Notes: generated by a model not told the origin, from the letters alone. Counted from the stretch's first letter, positions 19,094 to 29,456 are shown. The stretch is DNA of 64,000 nucleotides from an uncultured bacterium (GCA_963848965.1 CAWKFG010000004.1:800001-864000), one strand, 5' to 3'. Program-made: numbers and translations.

Positions 19094-20491
19094 ATGATAA
19101 AAATTGCACTCTTTATAGGCCTCATAAATATCATAAGTTGTCCTTTCTTCCACGCAATGCAAAAAGAGGTTATCACCTCTAAGTCTACAACAAACAACAC
19201 TAGCAATCTCACAAAAAAAGAAATCGCCCTTCTAAAAGAAACCTCTAACATTACAATTAAAAACAATCTTCTCCTAAAAACTGCAGGCAAGGGAGACACA
19301 GAAGCTGTAGAATTAATTCTGAACTGTGGGGCAGATATTAATGCTCAAGGAAGCAATCATGAAACAGCTTTAATAATTGCTTCACACTTTGGATACATAA
19401 CACTTGTAGAGTTACTCCTAAACAAAGGAGCAGATGTTACTAAACAAGATGCTCTATTAGGTAATACAGCTTTATTAGATGCAGCAGAACGTGGCTACAA
19501 TAAAATAGTAAACTTATTGTTAAATGCAGGTGCTGATATAGATGCTAAAAACACTGCTCTTGAAAATACAGCGTTAATAAACGCAGCATGGAAAGGGCAT
19601 ACACAAGTAGTAAAGACACTTTTAGACAAGAAAGCCACTATCGATGCTAAAAATAAAAACGGCGATACCGCCTTTATGTGGGCAGCGTTAAATAACTATA
19701 CAGATATAATGTCTCTACTTTTAGAAAGAGGAGCAAACATTAATGCCAAAAACGAGTTTGGTCAAACTGCTCTCATGTGGGCAGCAGATCATAACAATTC
19801 AGAATTAATAACATTCCTTTTAAAAAACGGAGCAGATATTGATGCCAAAAATAACGAAGGTAAAACTGCCTTAGACCATGCTATTAATAGTAAAGAAGCT
19901 CGACGATTATTAGAAATTTGTGCATTACCTGAAATAAGAGAATATCTTAAAGATACAATCGCTTATAGTAAAAAGAGCAGAGGCCCCATTATCGGCAGAG
20001 GTAAACAATGGATTACGCCAACATGGCTTATGATCGCTTGCATTTTCGGTCATATTGAATTTATATGTTCATTTAAGCATGACTCTCTCGAGTATATTAA
20101 TGCAAAAGATTCTTATGGATGTACAGCCTTTGATTATGCTCTGCAATGCAACCCAAATAGTGTCGCTACCTTGATCAATATGTTTGGTACAAAAATTAAT
20201 CAATTAAGTTCACAACCAACTTCATTCGTTACCACTCTTATCTCTTACATTCCCTATCTTCGAACAAATAAAAAAGAAGAATTTCTTAATCTCGCTATAG
20301 AAAGAGGACATTTACCACTTGTTAATGCTCTTTTAAGCATAGGAGCACAACCTACTATAGAGCTTGCTCAAAAAGCTCGTGAAAATGGTTATCTAAAAAT
20401 AATGAATAGGCTTGTTTTTTCAGCTCTTGCTTCTTTACCCCAAAATAAAAAATGCCCTTACATTACTTCTTTGAGCCACTTGTTTAAATAG
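19094..20491 (+). CDS. Secreted ankyrin-repeat protein, constant-C-terminus family, member 3
   Basis: Ankyrin repeats; TWLMIACIFGH, LLSIGAQPTIEL. Confidence 0.92.
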   Translation: MIKIALFIGLINIISCPFFHAMQKEVITSKSTTNNTSNLTKKEIALLKETSNITIKNNLLLKTAGKGDTEAVELILNCGADINAQGSNHETALIIASHFGYITLVELLLNKGADVTKQDALLGNTALLDAAERGYNKIVNLLLNAGADIDAKNTALENTALINAAWKGHTQVVKTLLDKKATIDAKNKNGDTAFMWAALNNYTDIMSLLLERGANINAKNEFGQTALMWAADHNNSELITFLLKNGADIDAKNNEGKTALDHAINSKEARRLLEICALPEIREYLKDTIAYSKKSRGPIIGRGKQWITPTWLMIACIFGHIEFICSFKHDSLEYINAKDSYGCTAFDYALQCNPNSVATLINMFGTKINQLSSQPTSFVTTLISYIPYLRTNKKEEFLNLAIERGHLPLVNALLSIGAQPTIELAQKARENGYLKIMNRLVFSALASLPQNKKCPYITSLSHLFK

Positions 20492-20513
20492 CCCGAGCTT
20501 GAAAAATAATACG

Positions 20514-22064
20514 TTATAAAGTCCAGATATGGATCTCTTTTGAACCGAATGATACTACTTCATTAGAGATCTTTTCATCCCACGATTTAGCAGGATCTCT
20601 ATCAAAAAGAAGAAGATGCGCTTCATGAGCATTACACAAATCAACATATTCAGTAGTCTGCTCTAAGCCTTTTCGTAATGTATCTTCTCCTCGCTTAATC
20701 TTAAGTTCAAGTACGTATCTATACTTGCCTTTCCATATAACAAACAAGTCTACTCGTTTGGTACCAACAGCATACTCTCTATGTAGCTGACCTCCACCAT
20801 TGATGATACGTTGCAGAAATGCCATAAGAAGTAAGTGAGGAAATGATTCTTTATAATCAAGTTTTGTACTATATGCTTCTGCATTCTCTCTAAAAAATTG
20901 CGTAAATGCCTCAAGAAGTTTAACCATATTCAATTTACCATTAGCCTCTACATACCAAGAAGTTTGGTGAGGAATAATTTCTTGCAAAACATACGTAAGC
21001 GCTCGTGGAATAACTTGTTGATAAATAGGATTGGCTATATCCCAACTATTTTCCTTAACAAGTCCTAAGTCCCTTACATATTGAATGTCCTCAGGATTAA
21101 AAGAAAGAGGATCTGATCCACTTATAATAGCATCTATAATACCTCTCACTCGTGGTTCATTAAGCCTATCTACTAAAGCACTTATATGCGTATCTCGCCG
21201 TAATATAAGCGTTTCTTTAGACCGCTCAATAACCTCTTTGGTAATAGGTATACTTCTATCAGTAACATCTCTAAAACACGCTTGATAGGCAAGAGCATTT
21301 ACTAACCATGGTTGACCTTGTGTTAGATAGTAAGCATAGCAAAGTGCTTCTTCTGTAAATTCTTGACCAGTTTCTGCCGTATGCTGCAAATATAAGTCTC
21401 TTACTTGTTGCTCTGTAAAGTTTTTAAGCAATAACGAGTCTGCTACTATGTTAAAAGGACTTAAAAGGATTCCTTTTTCCTGCTCTGCAAGAGACTGTAG
21501 TTTATAATCTTCAAGATTACGTACTCCTATAAGACAAACAGATTGAGGAAAATGTTTTGGTCTAGTAGTGTAACCAGTACGAAGTTGCTTTAAAAGAAAT
21601 ATCAATGAAGTTTCAACTAATCCATCTACTTCATCAAAGAAAAGTATTAATGGTTTAGAACTAGTTTCTGCCCAAAACTCTAAAAATTGAGAGAAAGAAT
21701 CTTCTGGTATGGGAGTCTTTTCAAGAAGCTCTTGCGCAAAGATATGCGCCGCTTGCTCATAGGGTAGTTGTATCCGTATTTGCCTAGCAAATTGTGTTAA
21801 AAGCCAATAGACTGTTCTTTCAATATTATTCTTAGCTACATGCGCAGGTTCGGTAGTAAGATAAAGAGCTGTATACTTATTACCGCTATTAAGATGCCTT
21901 GCATATTCTAAAACAGCAGTAGTTTTACCACTCTGTCGTGGAGCATGGAGCAAAAAATAATATTTATTATCAAGAAACTGATCTAACTTATTCCAATTTA
22001 ACCGATGAGGTATAAAATAATGATCAGTAGGAATAATAGGACCTGCTATGCAAAATGTTTTCAT
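20514..22064 (-). CDS. AAA-like ATPase with C-terminal PD-(D/E)XK nuclease-like domain
   Basis: Walker A APRQSGKTT, Walker B FFDEVD; C-terminal REY...RVDL...ELK. Confidence 0.85.
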   Translation of the reverse strand: MKTFCIAGPIIPTDHYFIPHRLNWNKLDQFLDNKYYFLLHAPRQSGKTTAVLEYARHLNSGNKYTALYLTTEPAHVAKNNIERTVYWLLTQFARQIRIQLPYEQAAHIFAQELLEKTPIPEDSFSQFLEFWAETSSKPLILFFDEVDGLVETSLIFLLKQLRTGYTTRPKHFPQSVCLIGVRNLEDYKLQSLAEQEKGILLSPFNIVADSLLLKNFTEQQVRDLYLQHTAETGQEFTEEALCYAYYLTQGQPWLVNALAYQACFRDVTDRSIPITKEVIERSKETLILRRDTHISALVDRLNEPRVRGIIDAIISGSDPLSFNPEDIQYVRDLGLVKENSWDIANPIYQQVIPRALTYVLQEIIPHQTSWYVEANGKLNMVKLLEAFTQFFRENAEAYSTKLDYKESFPHLLLMAFLQRIINGGGQLHREYAVGTKRVDLFVIWKGKYRYVLELKIKRGEDTLRKGLEQTTEYVDLCNAHEAHLLLFDRDPAKSWDEKISNEVVSFGSKEIHIWTL

Positions 22065-22287
22065 CGATTCTCATATATTAGAAAAATTTCGGGTTCATTA
22101 ATAAACATAGCATAAGATATTATATGTGTCTAAAAACCGCTTTTTAAGTATTATCCAGATTATAAGTTCACTAACAAATGTAACTATTTGGTATCAAAAA
22201 TATCAGAATAAGCCTTTGCACTATTCATATTCTTTTACTATATTGGCTATTAGATGTATAGGCAAAACTTATTCTGGAGAAATATTC

Positions 22288-22830
22288 ATGAAGTATATTA
22301 GAACTTTTTATCTTTTTATATGTTTACTATCTTTTACTTCGCACATATTTAGCATGGGACTCCTAAAGTTCTTCTTTACGTCAGATAGCATAATTGCAGG
22401 ATATGGAAGGAATTATGCAAGAGCTCAAATGATGGACAGGGTTGAAGAGAAGGTTGGATTTAGACCAGCCTTTAGTGAAAACGAATTACTACGAAATACA
22501 GCAACGTCTTTTTCTAAAGCATTTAGAGAAGAAGAGAAAAAAAGAGAACTTGAAGAATATACTCTTCTAAGAGAACGACAAAAAAACGAGTTATGTGCAA
22601 TAATTAGAGCACGTAAGGAAGATTGTACTATAATAGCTAGAAATATTGGATGGGAAAACAATACTAAAGCAGTTGAACGTATCAAGCAACACGTATTTCA
22701 TTCTCCTATAGAGCCAACATTATTAACTGTTGAAATATGGGAACGATTATATCACAATAACTTTCTTAATGCAGATCGTGAATGGATTGAGGAAAAATTT
22801 CTTGAATTAAGACTCGATGAAGAAACCTAA
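22288..22830 (+). CDS. Hypothetical secreted protein
   Basis: ATG after GGAG RBS gives signal peptide MKYIRTFYLFICLLSF...SMG. Confidence 0.6.
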   Translation: MKYIRTFYLFICLLSFTSHIFSMGLLKFFFTSDSIIAGYGRNYARAQMMDRVEEKVGFRPAFSENELLRNTATSFSKAFREEEKKRELEEYTLLRERQKNELCAIIRARKEDCTIIARNIGWENNTKAVERIKQHVFHSPIEPTLLTVEIWERLYHNNFLNADREWIEEKFLELRLDEET

Positions 22831-23156
22831 CTTCCAAGATAGTAACTTCCATGTAGGTAATTTCGTAGCCCATCACGTAAGTATGCAAAAAATTTATTAA
22901 GAAGCTGATTCACAGATTCTTGCATTACTTCTTTTCCTAATGGTGCTAGAAAGCATATCACCTGGACAATTTTTATTTTATATTTAGACTTCAGCTCAGC
23001 CTTTATTTGCTCTATTATTAATTTTCTTTGGTTAAGAATGTGTGCGGGGACCTCTTCCTCTTCTATTAACCTATACGCTTGCATTTTACAAGACAACAAA
23101 CACGAAAAAACAAAAGCTATAAACGTAATAATCTTATAATCAATTCTCATATGCAA
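22827..23156 (-). CDS. Hypothetical protein with hydrophobic N-terminus
   Basis: 109 aa ORF with GAGGA upstream. Confidence 0.5.
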   Translation of the reverse strand: MHMRIDYKIITFIAFVFSCLLSCKMQAYRLIEEEEVPAHILNQRKLIIEQIKAELKSKYKIKIVQVICFLAPLGKEVMQESVNQLLNKFFAYLRDGLRNYLHGSYYLGS

Positions 23157-23204
23157 GTCCTCTTAAAGCAAGTTTTAATTGTTAAAAATTTATAAGTAAA
23201 ATGA

Positions 23205-23510
23205 TTAAGAAGCAATACCTGTTTTCTCAGGAAATGGTTGGTTGCTTTTTAGAATTTGAAGCAGTCGACCCCCTACCAGGTACATATAATAGGGATTTTC
23301 TAGAAAATATTTATCAGTTCGCTCTTCATCTACAATAAACTCTTGGTTCTTTTTATTTAATGAAGCATAACCATAAACTTTTTTTAACCTATACCTTATT
23401 TGGCCCTCTCGATGCATATATGGCTCTACTTCTATATTCATGAAAAACATATAGCTTACTGTTTCTAAGTCTTCTTCCATTTTTTGCATTCCTATATTTA
23501 TAGCCATCAT
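23205..23510 (-). CDS. Putative immunity protein 2 (orphan)
   Basis: Paralog of 23611..23913 (ED.ETV.Y.F, NK...EF..D...TD.YFL, C-terminal IAS). Confidence 0.7.
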   Translation of the reverse strand: MMAINIGMQKMEEDLETVSYMFFMNIEVEPYMHREGQIRYRLKKVYGYASLNKKNQEFIVDEERTDKYFLENPYYMYLVGGRLLQILKSNQPFPEKTGIAS

Positions 23511-23610
23511 ACTCCTAAATACTTAGAGCCTTTCAAGGATAAATTTTTCTTATAGCATCATGAGAAATACTACATAAAGTACCTTACTTAAAGAAGCTTA
23601 ATTTATAAGC

Positions 23611-23913
23611 CTAGCCAGAAGCTATTTCATAAAGCTCTGGATATTTATTTTGCTCTTTAAATCGAAGAAGTAAAGCATGAATTTCTTCAGCTTCTCTGTT
23701 ACGTTTGCTTAAAAAATAGAGATCTGTTTTTTTAGTATCAAGCACAAATTCTCCCGTGATCTTGTTAAAGCTACTTATTCCCCATACAGTCTTAAGAATT
23801 TGTTTAGGATGACCTCTTTGATCAATTTCTTGTAAAGATTCCCATATATTTGTTTCAAATTTATACAAAACAGTTTCTGCATCTTCATTTAACTTATGTA
23901 ATAATACGAACAT
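23611..23913 (-). CDS. Putative immunity protein 1 (cognate)
   Basis: 100 aa, no signal peptide, starts 3 nt after the stop of the large toxin-like gene. Confidence 0.72.
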   Translation of the reverse strand: MFVLLHKLNEDAETVLYKFETNIWESLQEIDQRGHPKQILKTVWGISSFNKITGEFVLDTKKTDLYFLSKRNREAEEIHALLLRFKEQNKYPELYEIASG

Positions 23914-23916
23914 TTT

Positions 23917-26900
23917 TTAGCTCTCTCCTAAATAAGTAGGATAACTCCAAGGAGCCCCCCTAGCTTTTTGCGCTATATCATGAGCATTTCCTGCTTTAAT
24001 CTTGTATAGCTTTTCAAGCCTTGCTTCTATATACTCATGTTCTAAGAGTTTAATATCGTTTACAGTAAAATCTCCCTGAAATAACCTTGTCCATGAAGAT
24101 GCCATCTCTTTATCCGGGTCAAATTTGCTTACAGTGCCATCTCTTTTTGAATGTTCATTAAAGAAAACATGCTGCTTAATCCTTTTTATCCAATGTTCAG
24201 GTAAGCCAGTATTTCGTGCTATTTTTGCAACATCGTCTTGAGCTCTAATAAGATCGTACATTCTTGCCGCCCATTTATTTGCTAACTCTATGTTCTGTAC
24301 CTGAGATAGACTAGAATTATGCGGTATTATATATCTGCACCATTCTCCAGTATCTATTTTTTTATAAAGCTCAACAACACTATTATCGTTGTTTATTATT
24401 TCTATTTTTATAGGAGTTTGCTTTATTCTTAATCCTTCTAAATGCGGTGCTCTATAAATTGAATGTATTTTAGCCTTCTGCTCTGCTTCTGTAAATATTG
24501 GCACAACTTTATTAACTTTTGTTGTGCATCTTAATGCAAACTCCTTAGAATACTCTGGAAACACAACTTGTGGTTCCCATATAGTATTGATTTGTGGCAA
24601 TCCTTGTTCACTCTTTATTGTTTCTTCTACTGCTATAGCATTACATAAAATTTCCTCTTCCAAGATCCTAATATCTCTTTGAAATCCGTGTATAATAGCA
24701 TCTTTAACTTTTTTGTTTGCATCCGTAATAGGCCCAAGAAGTTTTACATGCTCTGCACATTGATCTTTCAGCTTTTGTATTTGCTGTATCCCCTTGTCTA
24801 AAATTAAGCTAATCTCATTCTCTGCTTCATGAAAATATGTCCTATAAGAAGGATTATTGAGGGTAAAATGCTCTGGACTAGGAGAGACTTTAACTCCTGA
24901 AGGATTAGAAGCACCATTTTTTAAAACCGATATCAGTTGTGTTGGAGGACTTGCTTCTCCTGATAAAATACGAGGTTTAGGTAAAATCTCTGGTATTGGT
25001 CTTTCAATATCATACCTTGCAGATGTAGGAATCCCTGATACAACTTCTGCTCTTAAAGGACCACCCTCTCTTTTAAACGCTGCCTTTAAATTTTTTCTAA
25101 CTGCAGGAACTATATTATGAACCTTAGCAACTTTAAGCAAATTTGCTGTAGATCGCAGACCATGCTTAATATCTATGGCATGCGAAGCACTTGCTCCAAG
25201 CATCTCTCCTAAATCATACGCACTAGCCTTTTTGGCTTTATCAAGATATGTATAGAATGACTGAACAAAGTGCTCTTTTATTACTTGTCTTTTTTCAGAA
25301 TCCCAACAAGCAGCTACAAGCTGTCCAATTCCTTGAGCTGCAGAAACAAGTCCTTCAGCAACGCCCATAGGATCCGTAACACACTTACCAAGGAATCTAA
25401 CACCTTCAAGAGCAGACCTAAACCGTTCAACAACAAAGGACTTACCAAACCCTGCTATAAGATCTGTGCAGGTTTGAGTCGCTCTATAGCTCATTAAAAT
25501 ATTACTTGAACAGTTAAAGTCAGTTGCCATACCTGCAACACTTCCTATAGTTTCTGCAAGTGGTCTATCAGCTATATCTCCTCTATAATAAATCTCAGCT
25601 GTTTGGTTAAAAATGCCATTTATTGTATTTTGTAAAGTCTGCTGTACAGGATTATCAAAAACAGTATGGAATTTAGCAGAATCAACGCTTATATGCGCTC
25701 CAAAATCCAATGCATAGGAGCTAAGTTGGGTTCTTTGAGGCAAAAAGTGCATAGAGTCTAGATGTAATGGTTCATTTTTATCAACAGACAGAGATGGTGA
25801 TTCTGCAGGTACTGGAGAAGGCACAATTTCTGATTGAACCTTGCTATCAGGTAAAGATTTTTGTTCTGTAGAAGGAGAATAAACAGAACTTTTAAGTGAG
25901 CTTTGATCTTGTGGTACTTTAGACTGGGGAGCAGAATCTTTTTCTGCACTTGGTAAAGATATTTTAGAAGTTTCTCCAGTGTTACTTGAAGAAAGAGCGC
26001 CAGTTGAGTGGGGGCTAGCAGAACTTGTAGGTGTTGCAGAAGGCACTGATTTACTTGGTGTTGGTTGTGAAGTATTTGAGGGAGCACCTATTCTATTAAT
26101 TGCAGCGTTAACAAGACATGTACGTAATACTCCTATATCGTTTTGCGAATGATTACCTTCATACAATCGTTGCCAAGAACGTACGAGTTCTTCAGGAGCT
26201 GTTACTTGAGGGTTATTAAAATAGGCATTTTTAACTCTTTGAACTCGCTCTTGAGTAAACCCACTATTTCTTGAAACTCGTTGAAGATCATCGTTATAGC
26301 CTCTTATTTGACTAAGTAACTCTGAAGCTGTTGATTGAGATGCAGGAGACGGAGTTGAAGGCATAGGAAAAGGAGCTGTTTGAGGCTTTGAAGAAAGTGT
26401 TTCCCGAAGCCAATTACGTAACCCATTAAGAGCACTGTCTATTAACTCATTTGCCATTTCTTGAGCAACTTCTTTTCCAAATTCTTTTGCAAGGCCCTTT
26501 GTATGTCCAAATGTTCGTTGTGTAGCACTAGGAGGTTGCTGTGCTGCTTTTAGCATATCATTTATTTTGCTTAACTTTTCTTCATCTATTTTAATATCAT
26601 TCAAAGAAGGTTTATTTTTAGAAGGTTTAGGAGGTCTTTCGGAATTTATAAAGGGTATCTCATGATCTTGCGGTTTCGGTGCTATTTTTTCAGACAAGGA
26701 TGTACTGCTTGGAAGACTTGCTTTCTGAATGGTATCTCTGATATTTTTAATAGAAGCATCACTACTTATGTTGGGCTGTGATGGCAATGAGGTACTTACA
26801 TTAGAGGATTTACCTAATTCAGGCTTAGGGCTTTCTTTATGCGAAAAATCTTCTTTTAGATTTTCTTGAGAGACAAGATTTTTACTTAGATTTGACTTTA

Positions 26901-28257
26901 ATAGCTCTGCTGGTGCCATTTCTGCTGAAGAGGAATTAGCTTGAACGCTGCTTCCCTGATTTTTCTTTCCCTTTTCTTGGCCACTCTTATCTTCGGCCTT
27001 TGAACTGGCTATGTTTTGAGAAGATAAAGGAACACTTGCTTTTGCTAGAGGTGGTTTACTTGTAGTAACGCTTGGAGCAACTTGTTCTGGACCCTTCAAT
27101 GGAGAGCTATGTTCTTTTGCTTTTGGCAAGTCACTATTAGGTAGCTTAGGAATAGGAGAAGATGGCAAACCTGTTTCTAACAGCTTACTTGGTAGAATAT
27201 TCTGTTCCGAAGGAAGCTGTGCACAATTACTGTACTTATTCTTGATAGCTTTAACAAATTTTTTTCCTGCCTTTATATTAAGTTCTCTTTCTTTTTCACG
27301 TCCTTCTCTACTTTCTCTGATATCACGAGGAATTTGAAGAAATGAGCGCATATCTTTACATTCAATCATTTCTTCTTTATAAAGGTCCTTTAGTTTGCTT
27401 TGTCCTACTGTAGACCTTTTAATTGAAGCTGGAAATTGTTGGAATTCTTCTACGCTTGTACAGCTCTGCATTTGAGTATGGAGCTGTTGTAGTTTTTCAG
27501 GCGTAAATATTTGTTTTGCTAGGTGAGGAACTCCTGTACGTATGCTCTCTGGTAAACCTCCATGTTGTAGCGGAGTACCCTGCTGCGGAAATATACCACA
27601 TTTCTTATCATATTCATTGTTAGCATATTGCTCATTGTAAGGTATTGACTCAAATTGGTCAGGAAGAGGTAAAGGTGGGTTTCCAGAAGTTGTTTTAGTT
27701 GGTGGTACTTGCCGAGAAGGGGCTGTTGACAAGCTAGGTCCATTTTTTGTTGATGGGGGTTTAGGTAACGGATCAGACAGAGGTGGAGATACAGGAGGCT
27801 TAGCATTTTTTGCTAACGTTCTAGAACTTGGGGGTAGAAGTTCTTTAAAACTACCTGGAGAAGAAGTAGTAGTGGCAACACCATCATGCATAGTGTTTGT
27901 TGTAACGCAGTATACATTAGGAATAGAATCAAGCTTTTTACTGTGTACATCACTTACAAGGTTTGATAAAGCGCTGTTCGTAGGTTTGAGAGAAGAAAAT
28001 TTTTCAGAAAGAATCTGACAATCGGATGATTTAGAAGGGCAAATAATAGCAGTTAAGGTAGTTTCTTGCGCTTTCAGCTCTTTGTAAAGATGGAGCTCAT
28101 TTCCTTCTCTGTCCTTGACGACTCCTATTTTAAACTGGGCAGAAGGTATTAGATCCTTATCTTTTATACGGTCCTGTGGAGGTAATGAACTTTTTAAAGT
28201 CAAAAATAGTGAGCTAAGTAAAATAAAAACTATACAGTAATTATATCCCTTATACAT
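23917..28257 (-). CDS. Large secreted Pro/Ser-rich protein with polymorphic-toxin-like C-terminal domain
   Basis: Signal peptide, low-complexity linkers, Gly/Ala-rich helical pre-toxin-like segment, C-terminal IARNTG...FDPD..MA.SW.RL...LLEHEYIE...AH. Confidence 0.75.
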   Translation of the reverse strand: MYKGYNYCIVFILLSSLFLTLKSSLPPQDRIKDKDLIPSAQFKIGVVKDREGNELHLYKELKAQETTLTAIICPSKSSDCQILSEKFSSLKPTNSALSNLVSDVHSKKLDSIPNVYCVTTNTMHDGVATTTSSPGSFKELLPPSSRTLAKNAKPPVSPPLSDPLPKPPSTKNGPSLSTAPSRQVPPTKTTSGNPPLPLPDQFESIPYNEQYANNEYDKKCGIFPQQGTPLQHGGLPESIRTGVPHLAKQIFTPEKLQQLHTQMQSCTSVEEFQQFPASIKRSTVGQSKLKDLYKEEMIECKDMRSFLQIPRDIRESREGREKERELNIKAGKKFVKAIKNKYSNCAQLPSEQNILPSKLLETGLPSSPIPKLPNSDLPKAKEHSSPLKGPEQVAPSVTTSKPPLAKASVPLSSQNIASSKAEDKSGQEKGKKNQGSSVQANSSSAEMAPAELLKSNLSKNLVSQENLKEDFSHKESPKPELGKSSNVSTSLPSQPNISSDASIKNIRDTIQKASLPSSTSLSEKIAPKPQDHEIPFINSERPPKPSKNKPSLNDIKIDEEKLSKINDMLKAAQQPPSATQRTFGHTKGLAKEFGKEVAQEMANELIDSALNGLRNWLRETLSSKPQTAPFPMPSTPSPASQSTASELLSQIRGYNDDLQRVSRNSGFTQERVQRVKNAYFNNPQVTAPEELVRSWQRLYEGNHSQNDIGVLRTCLVNAAINRIGAPSNTSQPTPSKSVPSATPTSSASPHSTGALSSSNTGETSKISLPSAEKDSAPQSKVPQDQSSLKSSVYSPSTEQKSLPDSKVQSEIVPSPVPAESPSLSVDKNEPLHLDSMHFLPQRTQLSSYALDFGAHISVDSAKFHTVFDNPVQQTLQNTINGIFNQTAEIYYRGDIADRPLAETIGSVAGMATDFNCSSNILMSYRATQTCTDLIAGFGKSFVVERFRSALEGVRFLGKCVTDPMGVAEGLVSAAQGIGQLVAACWDSEKRQVIKEHFVQSFYTYLDKAKKASAYDLGEMLGASASHAIDIKHGLRSTANLLKVAKVHNIVPAVRKNLKAAFKREGGPLRAEVVSGIPTSARYDIERPIPEILPKPRILSGEASPPTQLISVLKNGASNPSGVKVSPSPEHFTLNNPSYRTYFHEAENEISLILDKGIQQIQKLKDQCAEHVKLLGPITDANKKVKDAIIHGFQRDIRILEEEILCNAIAVEETIKSEQGLPQINTIWEPQVVFPEYSKEFALRCTTKVNKVVPIFTEAEQKAKIHSIYRAPHLEGLRIKQTPIKIEIINNDNSVVELYKKIDTGEWCRYIIPHNSSLSQVQNIELANKWAARMYDLIRAQDDVAKIARNTGLPEHWIKRIKQHVFFNEHSKRDGTVSKFDPDKEMASSWTRLFQGDFTVNDIKLLEHEYIEARLEKLYKIKAGNAHDIAQKARGAPWSYPTYLGES

Positions 28258-28520
28258 GCACTTTTCTTTCTATTGTTGGTACAGTATTACCATTTATTTT
28301 AATTCGCATAATATATTTGTCAATGTGGTCATTTATTTTTAATTAAACTTAAATTTATGTAATAAAAATCATCCAGTATTTTTCGCTAATTCCTATAAGA
28401 AGCCACACGTAAAAACTTTTATTAGGATATATTTATCAATATAAGCTGTCGTACATTTGAGCTTATTCTTGAATCAAACTTTGGCAATACTTAAAGAAAG
28501 TAGAAAATAATCAGTTTTTG

Positions 28521-29006
28521 TTAAGCTTCATTAATAAGCCATATTTCGTAGTTTAAATAGAGAGCAAAAATTACCCATAAAGCATAGGGTACTAAAAGTA
28601 GTGCTGCTAGACGCGAACAGCGCCATATAAATGCGATAAGAAATACTATACTTAAAAAAACAAACTGAGCATCTAAAAAAGCTAGAGAGATGTTTTTCCT
28701 ATAAAAAAAGAAGTAGCTCCACAATACATTGAGCATTCCATTTACTCCAAATAAACTCATAATGGTCCACATATAAGGATCTCGTGTACATATATTCCAT
28801 ACAATGAGAAGTGAAAATACTGTTAAAGTACCAATAAGAGTCCATATAACAGAAAAAACCCAATCGGGTGGAGTAAGCGCAGGAAGCAAAATGTCTTCGT
28901 GATACCATTGTATACCTTGCATAGTAAACCATCTTCCCAATCCTAGAATGAGTATCACCAATCCTGGGATTATAAGATAATTAATTTTAAGGTACAGGGT
29001 CTTCAT
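28521..29006 (-). CDS. tspO: TspO/MBR family tryptophan-rich sensory protein
   Basis: WY, PPDWVFSVIWT, LNVLWSYFFF, LLVPYALWVIFALYLN. Confidence 0.92.
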   Translation of the reverse strand: MKTLYLKINYLIIPGLVILILGLGRWFTMQGIQWYHEDILLPALTPPDWVFSVIWTLIGTLTVFSLLIVWNICTRDPYMWTIMSLFGVNGMLNVLWSYFFFYRKNISLAFLDAQFVFLSIVFLIAFIWRCSRLAALLLVPYALWVIFALYLNYEIWLINEA

Positions 29007-29398
29007 TGCAACTTTCGCTTTTGATCAGGAGATAAACTTGCAAGCTCTTTACTTAAAAAATAACTAAGAAATGTTCGAATTAATACAAGTAATGCGAGCA
29101 ACCCTACATCATAATAGGTCGGACGTGTAATCGATTTGATAATATCAGCACCAACCATAAACTCTAATCCAAGAATAATGTCATGGCCAAGCCTTAATCT
29201 GATACCATTTACGTCTATGGAAGACCTTCGTAGGACCGATGCTATAAAAGTATATAATGATCTGAATGCACCAAAAGCAATTACCGCTACTCCAATAGTA
29301 GAAATAAGCGAACTAACTAGTAATGAAACATCAATTAAAGAAATCATCATTACTCCTTTGTTTACTAGCATTTTACTAATAGAACAGTATAAAAGCAA
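29003..29398 (-). CDS. DUF1622-like membrane protein
   Basis: RLRLG...LGLEFMVGADII...PT...IRTFLSYFL..E; true start probably at a downstream Met. Confidence 0.8.
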   Translation of the reverse strand: MLLYCSISKMLVNKGVMMISLIDVSLLVSSLISTIGVAVIAFGAFRSLYTFIASVLRRSSIDVNGIRLRLGHDIILGLEFMVGADIIKSITRPTYYDVGLLALLVLIRTFLSYFLSKELASLSPDQKRKLQ

Positions 29399-29456
29399 GA
29401 GAATCCCAAGCTTGAGATTCTCTTACCTTATTTACATTTTAAAAATGCTGTACAAT

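Noticed and set aside
9813..20491. Diversity-generating retroelement behind ankyrin variation
   Set aside because: No reverse transcriptase and no template/variable repeat pair with adenine-specific differences
22126..22287. Long N-terminal extension of ORF 22126..22830
   Set aside because: Looks like intergenic/promoter DNA; ATG 22288 has an RBS and gives a proper signal peptide
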